Positions 39,329-45,829 of a stretch of 45,829 bases of DNA are shown here, in pieces (within the stretch, counting starts at the first letter, position 1; each line of letters starts with the position of its first letter). This DNA is from a virus. The notes under the pieces are model-generated. The model was given only the letters and a program-made list of their open reading frames with translations. It made no database searches and was not told the origin of the DNA. The translations under genes and the position numbers were made by a program. The DNA lies in the IMG/VR virus record IMGVR_UViG_3300045988_073964, positions 1 through 45,829 of that record. One strand, given 5' to 3'.

Positions 39329-41269
39329 ATGATTAGCAGCAGCGAGAACCGCGTATCGTATGACGGCGACGGTTTGGCTAAAGAGTTTGCCTACCAGTTT
39401 AAGATTCTGGAAAAGAGCGACATTAAAGTTATACTGGTAAAGCCTGATGGCAGTACGCAGATTTTAAACAAAGATTATTATGTTGACGCAGAAAAGAGCG
39501 TTGCTATTTACCCCGGTTATGCTCCTGGTGCAGAAATTCCCGAAAGTGAAAGACCGCCTATTCTACCGACAGGCTGGCGACTGGTGCTTTATAGAGAAGT
39601 ACCTATTACGCAGCTTAGCAAGCTTCTTGAACAATGGCCGTTTAACATTATAGAGGACGGACTAGATAAATTAACAATTATTTGCCAACAGCTCAAAGAT
39701 GAACTTATGCGTTCGCTGCATATTGATGAGAGCCACGCTAGTGATGTCGATACTACTGTCCCTTGGCAGCCTGGCAAGTCCTTCCGCATAGCAGACGACG
39801 GCAAAAAGCTGGAAACGACAGAAGACCCGGCAAAGGTAATACCAACAGTAAATAGTATCTACAATAAAACAGTTGCTGACGCTAATAATATTTTGGCGCA
39901 GGCAAAGGCGCAGGCGAACAGTGCGGCGGATAGCGCAAGTGCTTCCGCGAACAGTGTTGCGGAAGCAGACGCAACGCTAGCTAACATCAAAAGCGAAGCA
40001 GCGAAGGCTGAAGCGACGCTGACAGGTATTGCGGCAGATGCAAAGGAAAGTGCTTATAGTGCGGCGGGGAGTGCGGATAAAGCGCAGGGGTATATAGACA
40101 AAGCAGATTATGGTTTTATAAAGCGAAACACAGCATACGCCGTAGGAGACATAGCGTATAGTACGCAGCTTCCTGCAGGTTATTACCTAGAGTGCGTAAC
40201 AGCAGGTACTACGGGGAATACTGAACCTAGCATTAGCGTGGAATCGGAAAGTGTTAGTGACGGTACAGTAAAGTGGGGCGTAAAAAATTTACAAGACGCT
40301 AGCAAATTAGGCTTGCCTGTTGGCTTTGAAGCATTTACAACAAATCCAAACCTGCAAGCTGGGTGGTTACCCTTGCTAGGTGGAGAATATAGTCGTACCA
40401 CTTACGCTGACCTTTGGGCGTGGGTGCAGACACAGGCAGGCTATCTGATTGAAGAATCAGCATGGCAAGCTAAGGCTGCTGCTAATGGTGGCAATGTACC
40501 TTTTTACAGTAAGGGCGATGGCACTACCACGTTCCGTGTGCCTGCGCTGAAATGCTGGGTACGTGGTGCTGGTAGTATTAGTGAGATTGGTGGCTATTTG
40601 ACTGCTGGATTGCCGAATATTGAGGGTGAAGCAGGTGAACAACTTTGTGCTAAAACAGAACTGAGTTGCACAGGTGCTCTGTATCAAAGCCTTGTATCAG
40701 CAGGTGGTGAAGCTAATGGTAATTATAAATATGTAAGTTTAGGATTTGATGCATCTCTATCCAATCCCATCTACGGCTCATCTAACACAGTACAACCTCC
40801 ATCCATCGTTGGTTTATGGTGCGTAAAAGCATATGGCACTATTACAAATGTTGGCAGCACGGATGTTGCTAATATTAGTACAGGATTGACACAAGCAGAA
40901 ATGCGTATTAGCCTGTTGGAAACCAGCAAAGTTGATAAAGAAGGTGCTGCATGGGTTGTAGAATCCTATCGCAATGACACTGAATGGTATAGAGTATGGT
41001 CTGATGGATGGTTGGAACAAGGTGGGCAAATCACAGATAATAGAGCAGCACTAACTTTTCTGAAACCATTTGTAAATGCAAACTATTATATAAATGCATT
41101 ACCAACCCAAAAAGGTAAGTGGGGTGGTTTGAGCTTTCAAGTTGTAAATATGACGGCAACGTCTGCTGAACTATGGAGTACTATATCCAATAGCGGGGTA
41201 GCTATTAATAATTGGCAACATAATAACATTATGAATCCTGTTTGGTACGCCTGTGGACAAGGAGCGTGA
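39329..41269 (+). CDS. Tail fibre / receptor-binding protein with a tail-collar-type motif
   Basis: N-terminus VSYDGDGLAKEFAYQF. Ala-rich coiled coil. LPVGFEAFTTNPNLQAGWLPLLGGEYSRTTYADLWAW is a phage tail collar pattern. Confidence 0.8.
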   Translation: MISSSENRVSYDGDGLAKEFAYQFKILEKSDIKVILVKPDGSTQILNKDYYVDAEKSVAIYPGYAPGAEIPESERPPILPTGWRLVLYREVPITQLSKLLEQWPFNIIEDGLDKLTIICQQLKDELMRSLHIDESHASDVDTTVPWQPGKSFRIADDGKKLETTEDPAKVIPTVNSIYNKTVADANNILAQAKAQANSAADSASASANSVAEADATLANIKSEAAKAEATLTGIAADAKESAYSAAGSADKAQGYIDKADYGFIKRNTAYAVGDIAYSTQLPAGYYLECVTAGTTGNTEPSISVESESVSDGTVKWGVKNLQDASKLGLPVGFEAFTTNPNLQAGWLPLLGGEYSRTTYADLWAWVQTQAGYLIEESAWQAKAAANGGNVPFYSKGDGTTTFRVPALKCWVRGAGSISEIGGYLTAGLPNIEGEAGEQLCAKTELSCTGALYQSLVSAGGEANGNYKYVSLGFDASLSNPIYGSSNTVQPPSIVGLWCVKAYGTITNVGSTDVANISTGLTQAEMRISLLETSKVDKEGAAWVVESYRNDTEWYRVWSDGWLEQGGQITDNRAALTFLKPFVNANYYINALPTQKGKWGGLSFQVVNMTATSAELWSTISNSGVAINNWQHNNIMNPVWYACGQGA

Positions 41270-41273
41270 TTAA

Positions 41274-41753
41274 ATGTTGGGTACAAAAATCTATAAAACA
41301 GACATGAGCAATTACACTGATTGTGCTATTTGGTGTAATCAAAACAAAGCTACTATTGAGGATAAAGGTGCATATTACGAAGTGGTAACCTTACCACTGC
41401 CGACGTTGGAGGAAATCAAGCAACGTAAAATCGCAGAGCTTAAAGCTCAGCGTGATGTATCAGATGTAGAGCCTATTATCTACCAAGGCTACTCTTTTGA
41501 CTATGATAGCAAGACAAGAGAGCGTATAAATGCTGCCATAATCGCTCTTGAAGTTGCAGGTGCTTCCGCCACCCTCACATGGACTACCGCAGATGATAAA
41601 GATGTAAAAGTAACTGCATCTGACCTGCGTGGCATTATTGCACAGGTAGCATTGAGAAGCGACAAGCTCCACACAGCTTATAGAAAAGCTAAAGAGAAAG
41701 TGGAAACTGCTACAACCAAAGAGGAAGTAGAATCTGTTGAATTAGAAGTTTAA
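41274..41753 (+). CDS. DUF4376-like protein (tail fibre assembly/chaperone candidate)
   Basis: IAELKAQRD...YQGYSFDYDSKTRERINAAI...LRGIIAQVALRSDKLHTAYRKAK. Confidence 0.55.
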   Translation: MLGTKIYKTDMSNYTDCAIWCNQNKATIEDKGAYYEVVTLPLPTLEEIKQRKIAELKAQRDVSDVEPIIYQGYSFDYDSKTRERINAAIIALEVAGASATLTWTTADDKDVKVTASDLRGIIAQVALRSDKLHTAYRKAKEKVETATTKEEVESVELEV

Positions 41754-41789
41754 ATATCAGCGACAAAACAAATAGGAATGAGGTGTTTT

Positions 41790-42104
41790 ATGATTGAATC
41801 AACTGTACAAACTGTAATAAATATTATTGCTGGTGCTGTTATCTCTTATCTTTTTGCTTTGTATCGCCAGAAGAAAAAAGAGAATGACGCATTAAAGGCA
41901 GGCTTACAAGCGTTGCTGAGGGACAGAATTATCCAGGCGTACAACCATTACTGCGACGATAAGAAGTGGATTCCCATTTACGCTTTAGAAAGCATCAACG
42001 CTTGCTACAAGAGCTATGAAGCTCTTGGCGAGAACGGAGTTATAAACGGCTTAATGGAACAGCTTAACGACCTGCCTAACTATGAGCCGCATCAGAAAGG
42101 ATAA
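41790..42104 (+). CDS. Membrane-anchored protein (holin/lysis-associated candidate)
   Basis: GAGGTG SD before ATG 41790. Single N-terminal TM segment INIIAGAVISYLFALY. Confidence 0.4.
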   Translation: MIESTVQTVINIIAGAVISYLFALYRQKKKENDALKAGLQALLRDRIIQAYNHYCDDKKWIPIYALESINACYKSYEALGENGVINGLMEQLNDLPNYEPHQKG

Positions 42105-42108
42105 GCAA

Positions 42109-42342
42109 ATGAAGAAGCTATTAAATATGCTAAAGAAGGACGAGAACACGTTGAGCATCGGCAGACTGTGTGCTGTGTTGGCGTTTATCTTGTTCTGCGT
42201 AATTTCTCTTTACCTTGCGTTTTTTGTAAAAACGTGGGGCAATTATGAAGCCTTTGCTATGGCTTGCGTATCTTTTATGCTTGCGCAGCTTGGCAACAAG
42301 TATGTAGAGACTAAAGCCATGAAAGTGAAGAACGACGAGTAA
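42109..42342 (+). CDS. Two-TM holin-like protein
   Basis: 77 aa with two hydrophobic helices and a charged C-terminus. Confidence 0.45.
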   Translation: MKKLLNMLKKDENTLSIGRLCAVLAFILFCVISLYLAFFVKTWGNYEAFAMACVSFMLAQLGNKYVETKAMKVKNDE

Positions 42343-42356
42343 ATTTTGAGTAACGC

Positions 42357-42466
42357 CACTTGACTTTTTTACAAAAATGCACTTGACTAATTTTCACTAA
42401 AAACGCTGAAAGCTAGATGCAGCAAGGGTTTTGAGGTGTAATGATGTTGTTGCAAAAAGTCAAGTG
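42357..42466. repeat. CACTTGAC boxes: direct copies at 42357 and 42380, inverted copy at 42459 (the outer pair is a 13-bp inverted repeat)
   Basis: cacttgacttttt (42357..42369) and aaaaagtcaagtg (42454..42466), read directly. Confidence 0.7.
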
Positions 42467-42561
42467 ACACATATTTAACACACATTTTAGAAGATAAGCA
42501 ACAACTTAACAAAACAACTAAAATGTGAAATCAAGAAGTGAAAATCAAAGGAGTGATAATA

Positions 42562-42852
42562 ATGATTATTACAGGTATGGCGCATTTTGAATCCGTATGT
42601 AAAAACAAATTAGTGGAGTGGTATAACCAATCTCCCAACATCCATAATGGCCCGAATGACGTTCAGCCCATCACATTAGAGAATGTCTATGTGGTTTGGG
42701 CGTGCAAGACGTTGCAGAACTACAAGGCGTTGTTATCAACTACCGTGAGCGGTGATGGCATTTATGTCGAATATACCTATAACGGCGACAAGCAAGAAAT
42801 GTATGAGGACGTATACAAGAAGGTTTCTAACCGTTGCTTAAAAAGCGAGTGA
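42562..42852 (+). CDS. Hypothetical protein
   Basis: AAAGGAG SD before ATG 42562. 96 aa. Confidence 0.55.
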   Translation: MIITGMAHFESVCKNKLVEWYNQSPNIHNGPNDVQPITLENVYVVWACKTLQNYKALLSTTVSGDGIYVEYTYNGDKQEMYEDVYKKVSNRCLKSE

Positions 42853-42862
42853 GGTGATAGCT

Positions 42863-43480
42863 ATGGACTGGAATAAAGCATTAGCAAGAGAAATTGCTAA
42901 AGGTATTATCGCGACAGGAATCGAGGGCGACTTTGACAGCGTGGCAAAAAGCACCGCCTACGCCTATCCGTCAATCGGTGTGAGCCAATGGGAAGGCAAC
43001 AGAGCCGATGCGCTTTTAAGAGCTATTCCAGGCGGTGAAGAATTTGTTGGACGAACATACATCGACATTAAGGCAAGCGGCGAGTTGCCGATGCTGAAAG
43101 AGCTGCTTAGAAGCGACGCAGGTAAACAGGCAGCACTTGACCAGCTTTCTCGCGATTGTTTGCAGTACGTCGAAGTCTTGCAGCAAGTACCGACGTTAGA
43201 CGACACACGCTGCATTATTTATGCCGGTATGTGGTGTCCTACGTCAACCTACGTCGTAAAGCGTTTTCTGGAGAATCGCTTTGAGCGCGTAGACTTGCGT
43301 AGCCTTGAAGCGTTGAACAAACTGTTCAAACATTATTACTTTATTGCTGCAGACGTTGGCGAGATGTATAGAGCTGGTTATGCCAACAGAGCGGACAATA
43401 CATATCAGTATGTTGCTGGTATTGATTTGACTACACCATACGGCGTACCTGCTTATGGCTATGCTGGTAATGGAAGATAA
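42863..43480 (+). CDS. Possible endolysin (lysozyme-like), weakly supported
   Basis: Its position in the lysis region, plus an early acidic motif GIEGDFDSV...SIGVSQWEGNRA. No canonical family motif recognised. Confidence 0.3.
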   Translation: MDWNKALAREIAKGIIATGIEGDFDSVAKSTAYAYPSIGVSQWEGNRADALLRAIPGGEEFVGRTYIDIKASGELPMLKELLRSDAGKQAALDQLSRDCLQYVEVLQQVPTLDDTRCIIYAGMWCPTSTYVVKRFLENRFERVDLRSLEALNKLFKHYYFIAADVGEMYRAGYANRADNTYQYVAGIDLTTPYGVPAYGYAGNGR

Positions 43481-43493
43481 GGAGGAAATCAAA

Positions 43494-43751
43494 ATGAAAA
43501 AGTATATTGGTTGCAAATGTGTAGAAGCAGAACCGTGTAAAGCATGGAAAGAAATGGGCACTCACAAAATCGGGGAAGACGGCTATAAGGTTGCTTATCC
43601 CGACGGCTATGTTACATGGTCTCCGAAAGATGTTTTTGAAGCGGCATATGTTGAAACTCCCGAGAGTGTTGCACAAGATGTTTTGCGTGATTGTACGAAG
43701 CAGATTGTTTTAGGAGTGGTAGTTGCCGGGGCCTTAGAAAACTTGAAATAA
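43494..43751 (+). CDS. Hypothetical protein with a C-terminal hydrophobic segment
   Basis: AAGGAGG SD. EDGYKVAYPDGYVTWSPKDVFEAAY is a conserved phage motif of unknown function. Confidence 0.55.
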   Translation: MKKYIGCKCVEAEPCKAWKEMGTHKIGEDGYKVAYPDGYVTWSPKDVFEAAYVETPESVAQDVLRDCTKQIVLGVVVAGALENLK

Positions 43752-43764
43752 TGGAGGAATTATC

Positions 43765-43863
43765 ATGGAAAAATTAAAAGCATTTGTTGCTGATAAGAGA
43801 TTTTTAGTAGGTCTTGTTTTAGGCTTTATTTTAGGTGCGTTGCACCATTTTTACGGCTTATAA
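43765..43863 (+). CDS. Small single-TM protein (32 aa)
   Basis: GGAGG SD 8 nt upstream. MEKLKAFVADKRFLVGLVLGFILGALHHFYGL. Confidence 0.45.
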   Translation: MEKLKAFVADKRFLVGLVLGFILGALHHFYGL

Positions 43864-43874
43864 TCGAGGTAAAA

Positions 43875-44285
43875 ATGACAAATGAGACGAGACGTAAAAT
43901 TGACAAGGCTGTTAAAATCAGCCTTATTATTGCTGGCCTTTTACTTATCTGCAATGACGTGTACTGGCGTTGGCACAGCGGAAGCAGCTCCGCAGCAGAT
44001 AACAATGTCACTAGCACAGTGGAATCAATTCAAAGAGCAAACGAATCTGCTAGAAGCGAAATTGAGTCTGGTAGACGAGAAGTTGAAGCAGCAAAAGAGC
44101 ACGTCAAAAGAGCTGCTGACGCAGTTGGACGAAGCACAGAAGCAGCTCAGGCTAACGCAAGAAGCACTGACGAACTCCAATCGCTCATTAGCGAATGTCA
44201 GGGAATCGTTGAAGCGCAGCGAGGACTTATACAAGACATTGACCAGGAAAATGGAATCGGAGAACAGGAAGAACCGCAGGGTTAA
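43875..44285 (+). CDS. i-spanin-like protein (N-terminal TM plus periplasmic coiled coil)
   Basis: ISLIIAGLLLICNDVYW TM segment followed by a helical, charged domain. GAGG SD 5 nt upstream. Confidence 0.5.
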   Translation: MTNETRRKIDKAVKISLIIAGLLLICNDVYWRWHSGSSSAADNNVTSTVESIQRANESARSEIESGRREVEAAKEHVKRAADAVGRSTEAAQANARSTDELQSLISECQGIVEAQRGLIQDIDQENGIGEQEEPQG

Positions 44286-44349
44286 GTACCAGCGTAATAT
44301 TTACGCAGGATGTGCGATATTTGCTATTGCGTATGCTGTTGCAAAATAA
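43882..44349 (+). CDS. Overlapping +1-frame ORF: signal peptide, coiled coil, C-terminal TM (spanin-like)
   Basis: LLKSALLLLAFYLSAMTCTGVGTAEA-AP is signal-like. The body has Leu heptads. C-terminal IYAGCAIFAIAYAVAK. It uses many AGG codons, which are rare elsewhere in the genome. Confidence 0.4.
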   Translation: MRRDVKLTRLLKSALLLLAFYLSAMTCTGVGTAEAAPQQITMSLAQWNQFKEQTNLLEAKLSLVDEKLKQQKSTSKELLTQLDEAQKQLRLTQEALTNSNRSLANVRESLKRSEDLYKTLTRKMESENRKNRRVKYQRNIYAGCAIFAIAYAVAK

Positions 44350-44356
44350 AACACGG

Positions 44357-44512
44357 ATGACGGATGGTGGAATGATGGAAGAAAAGGAACTAGTCCCCGC
44401 TGGTCTAGTAACAATGCTGCTGACCGGCTATCTTAGAACAATTTATATTATGGCAGCAGGCTGGGTGTTGACCACAGTTGCGCTGCTTGGGTACATATTT
44501 TTGAGTAGGTGA
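44357..44512 (+). CDS. Small membrane protein
   Basis: Two hydrophobic segments. The start is uncertain (ATG at 44357, 44372 or 44375). Confidence 0.35.
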   Translation: MTDGGMMEEKELVPAGLVTMLLTGYLRTIYIMAAGWVLTTVALLGYIFLSR

Positions 44513-44519
44513 TAACAAC

Positions 44520-44759
44520 ATGAATGAGATGCTACGAAAGACGCGCGAATGGCTGAACTGTTCAACGCGACGGTCTTTCAGTGCGGTTCTCCATGAAGCA
44601 AAAATTACGCCGCGCCAGACGCAGATTTGTGAGCTAAAATTTGTAAAAGGCTTGACCAATTACCAGATAGCAGCAGAGCTGAATGTATCTGACAAGACGA
44701 TAGAAAAGGAATTAAACCGTGCTTATAAAAGCATTACAAATGTTTTAAAATCCCTCTAA
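44520..44759 (+). CDS. Sigma70 region-4 / LuxR-type HTH protein
   Basis: ITPRQTQICELKFVKGLTNYQIAAELNVSDKTIEKELNRA. Confidence 0.65.
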   Translation: MNEMLRKTREWLNCSTRRSFSAVLHEAKITPRQTQICELKFVKGLTNYQIAAELNVSDKTIEKELNRAYKSITNVLKSL

Positions 44760-44774
44760 TCAGCACGGCGGCAC

Positions 44775-44806
44775 AGGGGACGGAGTAATCTGTCCCCTTT
44801 CTTCTT
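44775..44806 (+). terminator. Terminator-like hairpin
   Basis: aggggac/gtcccct stem followed by a T-rich run. Confidence 0.5.
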
Positions 44807-44828
44807 ATACGTGCGGAGGTATAGCGAT

Positions 44829-45011
44829 ATGAAGCGAGACGAATCTAATCTTGTTAGTTTGCTTATTGGTATAGGCATAGGCTGGCTAGGCTTTACCGCA
44901 GACGGCCAGCAAGTAGTGCGGAACGTACTGCACACAGTAAAAACGAAGTATCAAGTAGTTGACGTTAACGAAAAGAAAGAAGGGAACGAAGATGTTAAAA
45001 AATCCGAATAA
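44829..45011 (+). CDS. Small single-TM protein
   Basis: GGAGG SD before ATG 44829. LVSLLIGIGIGWLGF. Confidence 0.5.
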   Translation: MKRDESNLVSLLIGIGIGWLGFTADGQQVVRNVLHTVKTKYQVVDVNEKKEGNEDVKKSE

Positions 45012-45417
45012 CTGTCATTATAAATCTAGTCTTGATGTGGCTGCTACTAATCAAGCAATTTTAGCTGACGGCCTTATCAATTTTGATATTATCAATACCA
45101 ATACTGGCGTGAGCATCGACTATTCTACAGGCAAGGTTGTAACCTTAAAGCAACCTGGACTGTATCACGTTGACCTGCAAGCCACGGTTGAGCCGACGGC
45201 GGCAGGACTGGTTACAATGAATCTGCTGAAAGGCGGCGTCGTTATCCCCGGCAAGAATCCTGCTGCGGCAGCGGCAGCGGCAGGCAGCGCCGTAAGCTTG
45301 ACGACTGCAGCCGATATTTATATTCCGTGCTGCGGCGTTCCCGCTGCAATCAGCGCACAGATTGATGTAGCAGGAACGGTTGCTAGTGCGACTATGGTAG
45401 TTACTAAAATGGCGTAA
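44992..45417 (+). CDS. C1q/TNF-like (BclA C-terminal-domain-like) beta-sandwich protein
   Basis: INFDIINTNTGVSIDYSTGKVVTLKQPGLYHVDLQATVEP...VTMNLLKGGVVIPG...ATMVVTKM resembles the BclA-CTD pattern (assigned by eye). Confidence 0.5.
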   Translation: MLKNPNNCHYKSSLDVAATNQAILADGLINFDIINTNTGVSIDYSTGKVVTLKQPGLYHVDLQATVEPTAAGLVTMNLLKGGVVIPGKNPAAAAAAAGSAVSLTTAADIYIPCCGVPAAISAQIDVAGTVASATMVVTKMA

Positions 45418-45431
45418 GGCGGTGAGCTACT

Positions 45432-45829
45432 ATGCACAAGAGGTTTAAACATTACTGGGAAGAGGCGCAGGGCAGCGACGTTAAAGAGCAAGAGCTGACA
45501 GATATTGTCTGCGACGCACTGGATGAACTGCGAATGCACTGCCCACGGCTGTACTGGGACACTATGTATAAGATGCACTGCGCTGTGTATGGCCCGCATT
45601 TTGACGAGCATTTAGCAAAGAAAGCTGTTGCTAGGATGAAGAATGTTGACGGTACCTGCGGCGAGCATTGGACGTATGAGCAGACCAGCCAGCTTGCAGA
45701 CCAGCAAGGTATAACGCAAAAAGCGGACTGGTACTATGTCATGAATATGCTCTACTCCGACTACTCCGAGATTTACGGCAGCGACATTAATATGTATATC
45801 CGTGTAGCAAAAGCCTATATGCGCGACCC
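45432..45829 (+). CDS. 5' part of the wrap-around gene (150 aa in the circular form), conserved phage protein of unknown function
   Basis: ATG 45432. The frame stays open to the window end and continues in phase at 120..174. Confidence 0.75.
   Translation, partial: MHKRFKHYWEEAQGSDVKEQELTDIVCDALDELRMHCPRLYWDTMYKMHCAVYGPHFDEHLAKKAVARMKNVDGTCGEHWTYEQTSQLADQQGITQKADWYYVMNMLYSDYSEIYGSDINMYIRVAKAYMRD
45711..45829. repeat. Terminal direct repeat identical to 1..119
   Basis: See feature 1..119. Confidence 0.97.

Noticed and set aside
39329-41269. Diversity-generating retroelement, searched for because the virion module resembles BPP-1-type podoviruses
   Set aside because: There is no reverse transcriptase ORF anywhere in the window. 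I found no template/variable repeat pair near the tail-fibre 3' end.

Overview
The window is a complete temperate phage genome. Bases 1..119 are identical to 45711..45829, so the unique length is about 45,710 bp, either circularly closed or terminally redundant.

Layout:
- attP-like repeat region (about 217-467).
- Lysogeny module on the minus strand: tyrosine integrase, an AT-rich membrane-protein moron, and an Xre/CI-type repressor, with back-to-back promoters at 3099-3185.
- Plus-strand early operon (about 3991-15213): Xis-like HTH, LysM membrane protein, YqaJ exonuclease plus RecT, replisome organizer with embedded iterons, G39P-like loader, a frameshifted Dcm methyltransferase, many small Zn-ribbon proteins, MazG-like protein, RusA, SSB, and a sigma-region-4-like regulator.
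- A self-contained, inverted accessory cassette that looks G+C-richer (15256-18878), with its own Xre switch.
- Late operon: TerS, a 308-bp structured spacer, TerL, T7-type portal, scaffold, HK97-like capsid, tubular proteins A/B, Gp13-like protein, three internal/ejection proteins including a 2213-aa zincin-containing giant, tail fibre plus DUF4376-like protein, and a lysis region with holin-like and spanin-like genes.
- A terminal three-gene block next to attP that includes a C1q/BclA-CTD-like protein.

I saw no rRNA, tRNA, CRISPR array, transposase or reverse transcriptase.

The best candidates for new biology are:
- the inverted cassette, which includes a papain-like peptidase fused to a J domain, an acidic ORF carrying an in-frame TAA, and a shared 14-bp operator box in both divergent promoters;
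- the Dcm gene split exactly at a G_GGG_GGT heptamer;
- the two full-length overlapping spanin-like ORFs;
- the polyvalent giant virion protein.

Every functional call rests on motif recognition by eye. No database search was run.
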